NCBI GenBank assembly: GCA_023231475.1
Contig: JALJEE010000927.1
Span: 112,874 to 132,873, forward strand
DNA length: 20,000 nt
Direction: 5' to 3'
Source of the DNA: Seison nebaliae
Taxonomy: Eukaryota
Part shown: one piece after another, positions 1-10,707 of the stretch
How positions within the stretch are numbered: the stretch's first letter is position 1
How the letters are laid out: every line of letters begins with the position of its first letter
Notes under the pieces: model-generated
The model's input: the letters and a program-made list of their open reading frames with translations, nothing else
Told to the model about the DNA's origin: nothing
Database searches by the model: none
Position numbers and translations under genes: made by a program

Positions 1-2613
1 TGAAGAAGACGAGAACCATTAGATGAGAGGAGAAACCAATAGGAAAATGTAATAATTCCACAAAATGAAAATTAGAATAGAAATGTTCTCGATGCTGATG
101 ATGTACAGACGTTATTATTTTTTACAGCGATTCTTGTGACAACATAGAATCACAATGAGGAATAAATGAAGAAACAATAAATCTCCACAATAACATTCAC
201 TACTAATTCCTGAGAATTGTGAAAATTGAAGATAGTACGTAGAAATGGATGACAGGGAACCTTTTCAAATAATCTGGTGAAAGATCGGTGGAAGTAAATC
301 CCGTATATAAGGACAATTGACGATTAATTCATATAACACGACAAACGGTGAAATGTGTTCTTTTGATGATATTCTCTTTAATACCATTCTATGAAGATTT
401 GAAACTTATGGAAATATTGTTGACGGTATCATCTTGCGACATAAAAACAACTTCACTTATTTTTTCACTTATTTTCTTTTAGCTTTTATCGAAACTTTTA
501 TCGAAACTTCAATTAACTGGTAAACAACAAAATTTAGACTGGTTCGTTTTCATCACGTTTTCGTAAAATTTCACTTTCATAACAGAACGATTAAGGATTA
601 TCAACTTATAACTTCAAAAAAAGATTTGCATATTGTTAAGAAATAGAACAGAAGACATCCAGAAATTCATCATCCAAATTATCCCAAAATTGTCATTACC
701 CAAAAATGTGTCCGTTTAAATAATCACACCATTAATTTCCGAAGTCAGATACATATTATCCTTTTAACATTTTTTGTATTATTCTACTGTTTTATCTTCT
801 TTTATTCACCGATTCTCTACCATTCACCCAATTAAAATGAAACCATAAAGACATTATTGACAAATATATTTTGTTCAACACCAAATCATAATTTTGATGA
901 TGTCAACGCTAATCATGGAACTTCGTCAATATCCGGAATACATAATGTTGTATATAAAGAGATGGAATGACGTTCATTGGAATATTTCAATAACCACAAA
1001 ACATTTCATCACATTCTTCTTAATTTAATTCAGATAACAGTCAACTGTTCGTCAGTTAGTTCATACAACTCTTTTGTATATAACCATATAACATATAACC
1101 AACAGGTTAGGAAAATGGGAATTTGATGGAATAGTATTATATATAGAAAACTGGAATATAGATAACATCGATTGTACGGTTCTATTTAGGTTCTGCAATT
1201 CTTTGGACATGTATCAACTGTAATGTCATTGGAATTCTTATTAAAATAAATATGCGTTGATTTCAAAGATGGAGAAATCTTATTGGAAAATCCCAAAAAT
1301 GTGACGATATTCTTCTTATCGTTAAAGATGGTAGTAATTTAATTTAGGATGCCTGTTAACTAATTAACATCAGTAGTGAAATTGAAATCTTATGAGATAC
1401 ATTCTTATGTTTCATTTCCAAACCGATATCATATTTTGATCGATATTTCGTATTCTCTTGTATGGACGGACTGATGAAATGACGAATGAAATTTTGAAGA
1501 CACTCTATCTATCTATCTATTTTTTACAATACTTTTCTCCCATCGTTCTCGAACATCATTCTTCACAACCATTATATTTTCAACTTTTTTCTAAATACCA
1601 CAACATTTTTATACGCGAAGACAACCATCAGAAATTTTATATACCATGTGATTTCATTATTACTTTAGGAATGATGTTATATAATTCGAATTGTATCCTC
1701 AGAAGGTCGAATCTAATTCAAAATTCTTCTTTCCCTTTTACTCGATATTTCACTTAATAATTTTTGGTTTGTTTTGTCAAATTTAAAAGTGTCTTCACAT
1801 TCAAATATTAATAATTGGAATTTCATCGATACTGATGGGAAAAAACCATATATGACGGTAAATCTTTCCCCACATGAAAACAAGATAAGAACTCAATTTT
1901 TTGATAACCTGTTGATGTTTGTGGGAAAAAAGAAAATTTGATAATGATAGAGAATAATCGATTTATGGATTATTCACCGCAAAACAATATTTGTACATAT
2001 TTCCAAAATTGAATATCATAAAAGAAAGAGAATGGACAAGAAAAATAAGAGAATTTTTTTTATAATAATTTCAACATACAAAAAAGATGATTTGAAAAGA
2101 AAAATCAGGAGAACAAAATTCAATGAGCACAAATATATATTGATTAGATAAATCTTATATGATATGCACACACATGAATTTAATGGAATTGAAAACTATA
2201 AAGTAATTAATGAAGAGGATAGATGAAATTAAGAAGAATCCATTATGATAATTAGATCATCGTTTGCAATTCAATAATTTCTTTGATTAAAAAATAAATT
2301 ACACAATCAAATGAAAAGTATATTTTTCTTACCAGAAAAATTTCATAATAATTCAATAAAAATTGAAGGATTATTGACGAGACTGGAAGAATGAAGAGCA
2401 AAAATAATAAGAGAAATAATTGTAATAAGAGAAATGACTTCGGATATAAATAGAACAGAGTGGAGAAATGATGAAGATGATATAGAACGATAATATAATT
2501 TGTTATTGTTTCCATATATATATATTATGATATATTTATAGGTGTGCGCGTTTGTATGCAAGATAATGACGGTGATAATGAAATTAGATGAGATATAGAT
2601 GAGATATATGAGT

Positions 2614-5098
2614 CTAATAATTTGGGGGTCGATGCATCATTGGACGAGACATCATTGATGGAGGCAATTGTGCAATCAATTCATACCCATCATCTGGCTG
2701 CTGCATCATCATTCCATTATGGAACGATTTACGATCCACATGTGCCACGTTCATTGGAGGCATGTCCATCGGATTATTACTAATAGAACTCATCAAATGA
2801 GTAGGAACTTCGTTTGATGGTGGAGGCATCGGATTATTTCTATTTGGCATCTCGCAAAATGGTCGAACGGTAGCATTTCTATTCATCATAGCGAATGCAT
2901 CTTCATTCATCATTCGCTGAACAAAAAAAGTATATGGAGAAGAATTATTATTCGTTTCGTTCAAAAATTATTTCTTTTCAAAATCTCACTCACACATTAA
3001 CTCGTACTGGATTTAATTTTCAATTATCACAATTCAAACTTTAATTTTCTTAGACTTATTATTGCTATCTAATTTATCCTCTTAATTCACTCTCATTCAG
3101 AATAAACAAATGAAACATTTTATATCATGTTTCTTAATGATCATAGAGATATCGATCATAAAATGAATGTGAATTCGAAACGTTCAAACCAATTTCTATT
3201 TAAAGTCTTTAATTGAAAAATGAACTTTCAAAAGATTTCAATAGAATTGATTGAACGAAATTATAAATTGTGATTCGAATTATCAATTATTTTCAATTAT
3301 CGATAATTTGATAAAACTCCAAAAAAAACTTCTTATTACTAAAATGATATAGGAATTATTCACATTAAAATATGTGATATCTCCTTCTCCTCTGAATATA
3401 TAAGTAGAAAGTCTTAATCAATCAAAATATTCCGTTGATGATTGCAATGAACATCATAGATATATTAATTAATCGTGAAGAACATATTAATTTCGATAAT
3501 AAATCGAATAGAATCTTCTTGTTTAAATACTTAACAGAATATTTCATACACACTCAAATACTTTCTTATTTTCATAATTGAATGAACTTATTATCCACAA
3601 CTGGAATTCACACAATAATCAAATGAAAAATAACCCCGTCCATTGGCATTGAATTGTTCACCATATCGAATGGTTGATATTGATTATTACCATTATCCAT
3701 TGAATGCATCATCTCTTCAATATTCTGTTTGGAATTCCTTGAAAAAAGAAAAAATAAATAAAATTGAAATAAAAGTAGAATTACAAACTTTAATATTTCA
3801 CTTGTCTTATTCACTTCATGTCCTTGTTGTAAATCTCTTAATTGATCTTCTTTCTTCTTCAACTCTTTTCTCAACATTTTAGTATGATGATTCATTATCA
3901 ATTCAGTCATTTCCATCTCTAATGCATTCCTCTCCAATTCGATATGTTTCTTCACACGATCAATCATCGATTTTTCATCGTTATCCAACTTTCGCCATCT
4001 AGCAGCAATTTTAAATTCTAGACTATTCATCCCAGCAAATCGAGGTGATTGTTCTCGATCCTTCTCAAATTCAGGTGTTCGATCGATCATTTTTTCAGAA
4101 TAACCATCTTCGAATTCAGACATATCATATTTCTCCACTTGTACTGGCCGAGTGGAATTAGTTAAGAGAAAGAATCCTTCCGTACATTTCCTTATTGCTT
4201 GAGTACATGAACTTTTCTTGTCAAATTCGACAATTCCTTCACCAATTGATTTTCCTTTATCGTCCACTTTCACTATAGCTCGTTCCACTTCCCCAAACAT
4301 ACTAAACGCTTCTTTCAAATATTCTTTTGAAACGGAAACTGATAAATTCTTTACCAAAATCGACGTGGAAGATAATGCGAATCTGACTGTTAACGTTCTT
4401 CCTTTAAACATACAACCATCCATTACATCGATGGCCGTTTCAGCTTCTTCTCTTGTTCGCAGTTTGATGAATCCATATCCCTTCGAACTGTTGAGATAAG
4501 CTTCTCCCAAATCACCAAATGGTGCAAATAACGCTTTGAATTCATCTTCGGTGACATTACTCGATAATCCGCCAATAAACAATCGATATCTATTAGAAAA
4601 ATATCGTTCTTCTGATGCATCATTGGATGATGTTCGTTTCATTAATTTAACATCTAATTCCTTTCCATTTTGTGTGATGAATTGATAATTATTAATTCCA
4701 TTCATCAATTTCTTATGATCCATCTTCTTATTATTTCCATTTTTCATATGTGTATTTCCCGATGATTCCACTTTTAATTTCTTCAGAGGAATTATTCCAT
4801 TATTCTCGTCTCGTCCATTCGATTGAATATCCTTCTCACTCTGAATATTATCGCTACTCCCATTCTTCTGATGTTTCTTACCATTCATCTTCTGATGCTT
4901 ATTGATACTATTTTGACGAGTTTGTTCTTCATTATTCTTGTTAGTCTTATTATTTCCATTGATAGCTTGATAACTAGTATTAAAAGATGTTGCCGCTGGT
5001 GGAAACGAATCACGTTTACGCATCGATTCCGTCGAATTAACAAACCGGAATCCTTGTACTCCAGGAAACGCACGATTCTCTCCTAAATGTCCATACAT
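2614..5098 (-). CDS. NONO: DBHS-family RNA-binding protein (NONO/SFPQ/PSPC1/nonA homolog). Predicted exons 5098-3789, 3737-3635, 2916-2614; ~571 aa
   Basis: Tandem RRMs (RLFIGGL...KGYGFIKL; ILVKNL...FGEVERAIVKVDDKGKSIGEGIVEF), NOPS region (FFLLTNSTRPVQVE...DREQSPRFA...EFKIAARWRKL) and a coiled coil. A 51-nt GTTTGT...TTTCAAG intron (3788-3738) removes the hydrophobic FVILLLFQFYLFFLF stretch. A phase-0 GTTATT...TTGTTCAG intron (3634-2917) joins in frame to the Met/Pro/Asn-rich ORF ending in TAG at 2616-2614. The symbol denotes the family; the exact paralog cannot be assigned. Confidence 0.9.
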
Positions 5099-5621
5099 AT
5101 CTACACAATGTATTATAAATACGCTATTCTCTCAAAATGAAATGAAGAAATCGAAAAATATCAAATGTACAAAAACGAATTTTCTATTTGTATAAAGCAG
5201 AGAAGTAAGTTATCCGTACGTTAGTATCTCGTGGATAAACATGGATCACGTATTTCTTATTGACTTCTTTCCAGTTGCCAATGCATTCATTTGCTCAAAA
5301 ATCATAAACAAATTCTAAGCCTATTTATCCACCCGATGTGCATGTACGTTTCGTCATCAAAACTATTTCACATAGATGATTCATTGATTGAACTTCATCA
5401 AGTTCCTTCAAATAAGAATCTGGTTAAATATTAAAAATATTTGAAATTAAAAGTTTAAAAGTTAAGCTTCTAAAAAATTGATATATAAATAACACAAATT
5501 AAAATTTTGATAAATTATCATGAAATTTGAAATTGAACCTAAATTGTTAATTGGAAAAACTTGTTGTCAATCAATTTAAGATTAGGTGAATATAGAAAAG
5601 TTGTTTTTAATTATTTCAATT

Positions 5622-5626
5622 AAAAA
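5622..5626 (-). terminator. Putative RNA polymerase III terminator (T5) of the tRNA-Met gene
   Basis: TTTTT on the minus strand 6 nt downstream of the tRNA 3' end. Confidence 0.55.
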
Positions 5627-5631
5627 TTTAA

Positions 5632-5721
5632 TGCCCCGGGTGAGGATCGAACTCACGACCTTCAGATAGCTTATATTTTTGATTATGAGACTGACGCGCT
5701 AACCAACTGCGCTACCGAGGC
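5632..5721 (-). tRNA. tRNA-Met-CAT: Elongator tRNA-Met (anticodon CAT) with a 16-nt intron at 5683-5668
   Basis: Reverse complement reads GCCTCGGTAGCGCAGTTGGTTAGCGCGTCAGTCTCATA[ATCAAAAATATAAGCT]ATCTGAAGGTCGTGAGTTCGATCCTCACCCGGGGCA. It has acceptor stem GCCTCGG/CCGGGGC, a GTTCGA T-loop and a G1:C72 pair (elongator, not initiator). The insert lies one base 3' of the anticodon, the canonical 37/38 site. Confidence 0.96.
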
Positions 5722-6210
5722 GATAATTTAATGTAGAAATTCGTACTAAATAGTTAATTATTCAAAATCGAATACTAATATAACACATCCGAAATTATTA
5801 ATAGTTCATAATTAATAATTTTTTCTTTATCCTGGCGGAAATTTTAATAATAAATAATATAATAAATTGCTTTTAAATTAATTAGACAAATTTACAACTC
5901 AATATAAAATATTCAATGGAGTTGAGATGAATGAATGATAAAGCAGCGTTAGAGTTGTGATTGATGCTAAATTAAATTATAAATTTGTATAAAAAAAAGA
6001 ATGAAAATTTTTTTATTTTCAATTCTCTTTCACTTTCCACTTTCGTATGGTTTCGAAATCGAACATTTAATGACTTCATTTGAACATTTATAGGGAATTG
6101 ACTAAACATCTCTTCTAAACTGTTATATTTCACAACTAACATCTAAAATATCAGAACGGTTGATTGAGAATTCTTTACAGAAACTGGCGAGCGCATTCAA
6201 AAGGTTTGTT

Positions 6211-7275
6211 ATGGGAAGTAACACTTCCCATGACTCGAAAGGGTCAGTGGAACTATTTTTTCAGAAGAAATTAGAAACAATGAAAAAAGATTTTGAAGAG
6301 ATTTGGATGAAAGATCAATGTTCTAGAGAAAGTTTGAGAAGTTTCGAACCGTTAAGAACGATTGGTGCTGGTTCGTTTGGAAGAGTGGTTTTAGCTAGGC
6401 ACAAAGAGAACAATATATTTTATGCTCTGAAAATGATGGATAAAGAGAAGGTTGTAAAAAGAAAACAAATTGAACATACTTTAACCGAAAAGAATATTCT
6501 TTCTGCTATAAAAATGGATTTCATTGTTACCCTTCATTATTGTATGCAGGATAGTACGACTTTATATTTCGTCCTCTCTTATATACCAGGTGGAGATATG
6601 TTTAACTATCTTCAGAAAGTAGGTAGATTAAATGAAGATAATGCTAAATTTTACGCATGTCAGATACTTTTCGCTCTAGAATATTTACACACACTCCAAA
6701 TCTTATACAGAGATCTTAAACCGGAGAACGTCATGTTAGATAAGAACGGTTATATTCGTTTAACTGACTTAGGTTTTGCTAAGCAAGTTACTGAACGTAC
6801 TTGGACTTTATGTGGTACACCAGAATATTTAGCTCCGGAAGTTATTCTCTCGAAAGGTTATGGCAAATGTGTTGATTGGTGGGCATTCGGTGTGTACATT
6901 TACGAGATGACTGCTGGATATGCACCATTCGTTTCTGATGAACCTATACAAATTTATGAGAAAATTGTTTCTGGAAAAGTAACTTATCCCACACATTTCT
7001 CCACTAAACTCATTCATTTACTTTGCGGTCTTTTGGAAGTGGATGTAACAAGAAGATTAGGTAATACTCATCCAGGTGTAGCTGCTATTCGGGGTAACAA
7101 ATGGTTCCGTAAAGTTGAATGGATTAAAATTTATCAACAACAAATACCACCTCCATATGTTCCATTAATAACTTCAGAAACAGACACATCGAATTTTGAG
7201 AAATTTGCAGAAAAAGAAATGACAAATGCGACTACTTCCAATAAAGATTATAAAACTATTTTTGCCAATTTTTAA
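6211..7275 (+). CDS. PRKACA: cAMP-dependent protein kinase catalytic subunit (PKA-C), intronless, ~354 aa
   Basis: GAGSFGRV glycine loop, YALK, QIEHTLTEK, YRDLKPEN, DLGFAK, RTWTLCGTPEYLAPEVILSKGY, VDWWA, PIQIYEKIVSGKV, DTSNF and a terminal FxxF (FANF). ATG 6211 gives the MGSNTS myristoylation-type N-terminus and is preferred over the TTG at 6160. Confidence 0.95.
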   Translation: MGSNTSHDSKGSVELFFQKKLETMKKDFEEIWMKDQCSRESLRSFEPLRTIGAGSFGRVVLARHKENNIFYALKMMDKEKVVKRKQIEHTLTEKNILSAIKMDFIVTLHYCMQDSTTLYFVLSYIPGGDMFNYLQKVGRLNEDNAKFYACQILFALEYLHTLQILYRDLKPENVMLDKNGYIRLTDLGFAKQVTERTWTLCGTPEYLAPEVILSKGYGKCVDWWAFGVYIYEMTAGYAPFVSDEPIQIYEKIVSGKVTYPTHFSTKLIHLLCGLLEVDVTRRLGNTHPGVAAIRGNKWFRKVEWIKIYQQQIPPPYVPLITSETDTSNFEKFAEKEMTNATTSNKDYKTIFANF

Positions 7276-7498
7276 GTTCATAAAATATCAAATTATCACT
7301 CGGATACCTTCCTAATCATTTCAATTCTTTCCCGTAAATTTTTTATTTTCACAACTTAATGTCATTAGTCCAAAGATCATCTTCAAATTGTTTATTTATT
7401 TTTATCTCTTTTATAATTTCAGGTTACTTTTATTTCTTATTATTATTATTTTATTTTCATTCATTGAACATTCACACGAACAATAGTAATCGGTCGAA

Positions 7499-8293
7499 AT
7501 GATAAAAACGGTTTTGATTTTCAATCGTCATGGGAATATACGCTTCTTCAAAACATTCACACCTATCGTTAGTTCATTGATAGATTTATTATGTAAAAGT
7601 TAAATGTGAAAAGGATGTAAAAAATCGAACAAAATTGAAACAATATTTATATCTTGAAATCAATAAAAGAACGAGAGACAATCCTTTATTTTTTCATATA
7701 CCCAGGTTATTATTCTAAATATTTTATGTTCTGACTCTAGAATTTTTCAGTTCTGAATTTTATGAAGAAGAAGAAGAAGTATTGACTGTTATTTATCGAA
7801 AATTTGCTACATTATATTTCGTATTCATTTGTGACGATTCTGAGAATATATTATCCGTCATCGATTTCATACATGTTTTTGTTGAAGTTTTGGATAATTA
7901 TTTTAATAACGTCTGTGAATTGGATATCGTATTTCATTTCAATGAAGTTCATAATATTTTTCTTTGTTTATAATATATTTCTTATTCTTCACTTTATTCT
8001 TCTCAGGTACATGATATATTTAAAGAGATTGTTCATAATGGAATAGTTATTGATACATCGGTATCTAATATATTGGAGAATATAACAGAAGAGAAAAATA
8101 AGGCGGCGAATGAAGTTACTTTTTCTTTCGAAATTTTTTAATGTATTTATCATAAATTTAGTCATCATTAATGATATATGGGAAAGATAAAATTGATAAA
8201 AATCAATCAATACGGAAATTTATTGAACATTCTCCTTATCAGGTGGAAAAGAATTATGCATCAATAGTTCGTAAAATTCGAAGTAAATTGTAA
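7499..8293 (+). CDS. AP3S1: AP-3 adaptor complex sigma subunit. Predicted exons 7499-7567, 7614-7705, 7751-7946, 8007-8114, 8162-8293; ~198 aa
   Basis: Spliced by hand using GT-AG introns of 46, 45, 60 and 47 nt, which yields one open frame: MIKTVLIFNRHGNIRF...VIYRKFATLYFVFICDDSENILSVIDFIHVFVEVLDNYFNNVCELDIVFHFNEVHDIFKEIVHNGIVIDT. This matches the clathrin adaptor small-chain family. The LIFNxHG, ATLYFVF and VFVE motifs plus a C-terminal extension favour sigma-3. Confidence 0.88.
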
Positions 8294-8570
8294 AATAAAA
8301 TAATACTTAATTTCAGTTTTATTTAAACAATTAAGAAAAAAACGTAAAATTAAATTTCTGTTAATTTTATAAGTTTTTATATATCTGTAAAATGTTTTTA
8401 TTTTTTTTTCTATTGTAATTAAGCTTCAGATTGAAAAAGAGAAAAAACGTAATATAAACATATAATATCAGAGAGCTGATGAGAGAGAAAAGAATAATTT
8501 AATTTTAATTGAATTGAAGCTTTAGAAATAAGAAGTTCGATAATTTTCTATTTATCCTAGTTTTCTCTTA

Positions 8571-10313
8571 ATGTACCAAAGTAAATATAATGACATGTTC
8601 AATTATCAAGATAATTTTCGTAAATCGCAGCGTAGTTGCATTGATCCTTTTCCGCGACCTCCAGAATATTACAAGAAAGTTACTCCACCTATGAACAAAC
8701 CAATGGTGCAATCTGGTTACAATTTCAATGTTGAAAGTTTCCATCGGAATTGGTCGGATTGTCTTTATCATAAGAAATCATTTGGTAATGGCGAAGAAGA
8801 AGATGATGATCTGGAAGAATATGTTTTGGAAAGTAAAAAGTTAAAATTGAAGGAAAAATTGAAAATAATTTTGTTATTGACTCTCAAATATTTGTTGATA
8901 TTATTATCAATTCTATTCATTTTATTGTCGCAAGTCATCTATCTCAATATTGGTTTAAGGAAATCGTCGTCAGATAAATCGATGTCTTCAATTCAACATT
9001 ATGGTAATAATTTTTGTTCAACTGATGAACGTGCATGTTGTACTCAATATTTACAATTACTTAAGACGTATAAGAAATATGGAGAATTTAATGAAATTAT
9101 TAATTTGTGTAAAAATAATCAACTTTCCAAATGGAGTATCGAAATCGTTCACCATAGAACTCAATTTTTATTAATAACAATAATTCTCCTAATAATTTAT
9201 TCGATGGAATTGTCCCATATTATATGGTATGAATGGAAGATTGTCAAATTTAACACGATTACTCTATCCACATTACAATTGAGTTTAATTATCATATTTG
9301 AGTTGTTTTTAATGATTTCCCAAATATTTATATTCCAATATATTATTCTAATCAATAATCGTTATTTATTCGAATTGATAATTTTTCAATTATCGTTTCT
9401 GATCCTCATTGATTATCTTTATCGATTATTGATTAAATATTTATCAACTAATAAATATTCATTCGAATTCACAACTATACGATGTAATGATGGTTTTTCG
9501 AGAAAATTTACGATAAGTCATTATCCGGATAATATGAAACAATTACGAAATTTAATTTTAAACAATTATTCAAAGAAATTTTCGAAATTAAATCCATCTT
9601 CACTACATTTACTACCAACAGATTGTGATATCATCAACATTTTCCTTCGTAGTATTTTAACATCGAAAATCCCATCATATTCTCCCCCAACCACCAATTC
9701 TACAGTTCCATGGAATGAGACAAATTCGTCTATCGAATCTGCTTCAACAACAACAACACCGGGGACGAAAATCCTAAAATTGGATGGAGAAGATAAATCG
9801 AAGAATTCAAATGGAATTTTTCTCGGTATTGGAGATTTATGGGGGAATTTAGTAATGAATATGGAGCAAAGAAATTTAATTGCTACATCTTTCACTTATA
9901 TTTCTTCTTCGTTTAGTATGTGGACGAAAACGATAAAGTGTGTGGAAGAATCGGGTAATATTTATCAAGCAACATATGACGAATTAGCACAATTAGTTGT
10001 GGGATGTCTATCGAACATTAACATCAGTTATGTTATTAGTCGAGAAGATAAATTGCAATTAATTAATCAAATTGCTTCCTGTATACGTTGGGAATGTAAA
10101 TTCAAGCAATCTAATTTCATTCCAAACGATACCATCGAAAATTCGAATAATCATTCCTTTCAGGATTTAAATGAAAAATTTGATTATTCATATTATTCAT
10201 CGAAATCCGATCAAAATCTCTATTATTTCTATATCAATTCATTCTCCAATTCACATAAAATACGTTTACTTACTGTCATTCGACGAATTTTAAAGGAAAA
10301 ATGGGCAAAATAA
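8571..10313 (+). CDS. Uncharacterised multi-pass membrane protein, 580 aa
   Basis: 1743-nt stop-free ORF in AT-rich DNA. It has about four hydrophobic segments in the N-terminal half, a Cys-containing loop (FCSTDERACC...LC), an S/T-rich linker and a globular-looking C-terminal part. No family recognised. Confidence 0.75.
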   Translation: MYQSKYNDMFNYQDNFRKSQRSCIDPFPRPPEYYKKVTPPMNKPMVQSGYNFNVESFHRNWSDCLYHKKSFGNGEEEDDDLEEYVLESKKLKLKEKLKIILLLTLKYLLILLSILFILLSQVIYLNIGLRKSSSDKSMSSIQHYGNNFCSTDERACCTQYLQLLKTYKKYGEFNEIINLCKNNQLSKWSIEIVHHRTQFLLITIILLIIYSMELSHIIWYEWKIVKFNTITLSTLQLSLIIIFELFLMISQIFIFQYIILINNRYLFELIIFQLSFLILIDYLYRLLIKYLSTNKYSFEFTTIRCNDGFSRKFTISHYPDNMKQLRNLILNNYSKKFSKLNPSSLHLLPTDCDIINIFLRSILTSKIPSYSPPTTNSTVPWNETNSSIESASTTTTPGTKILKLDGEDKSKNSNGIFLGIGDLWGNLVMNMEQRNLIATSFTYISSSFSMWTKTIKCVEESGNIYQATYDELAQLVVGCLSNINISYVISREDKLQLINQIASCIRWECKFKQSNFIPNDTIENSNNHSFQDLNEKFDYSYYSSKSDQNLYYFYINSFSNSHKIRLLTVIRRILKEKWAK

Positions 10314-10707
10314 TTTTCTGAGATATCTCTCTATTAATTATAAATATAAATGTTTTTTTTTCTTCAACAATTTTCCCTTATCCCATTCCTCTTATTTGCC
10401 CCATTAAAATTTTTTTGTTTTTCAATTAAAAAATTATTGAAATGAAATTTTTCGTAAAAAGATTTTTGTTGAGAATTTCATTATTCGAATTGGAAAAAAA
10501 GATATAAGAATAAATAATAATAATCTAAGTAACTTATGCTTATCAATTAAATTAAAAATGTTTTCATCTCTAATTATTGAAAGTTTGAATTGAATGAAAA
10601 ATTTATTTTCACGTTTTTCTTTCAGTCTTTTTATACAATATCATATCATTGAATATGACAAATACAAATCTTTTATTCTAGTAAAGAAAAAGACAGAATT
10701 AAAGATA

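Noticed and set aside
1..2250. Possible gene or pseudogene, including ORF 1458..1757 and Cys/Trp-containing snippets
   Set aside because: The frames I translated are interrupted by stops, no recognisable motif order was found, and no consistent splice model could be built.
2252..2561. Two short hydrophobic minus-strand ORFs
   Set aside because: Low-complexity T-rich sequence just downstream of the DBHS stop; most likely its 3' UTR.
7947..8021. AP3S intron 3 begins GTTCATAATATTTTT (VHNIF), 12/15 identical to the next exon start GTACATGATATATTT (VHDIF), suggesting intron gain by duplication
   Set aside because: The match is short and AT-rich. Exon sizes (69, 92, 108 nt) resemble my recollection of vertebrate AP3S genes, implying an ancestral intron; this needs checking but coincidence is likelier.
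3643..9895. Short ORFs antisense or out of frame to the DBHS, PKA, AP3S and orphan genes
   Set aside because: Shadow ORFs of real coding sequence with no independent motifs.
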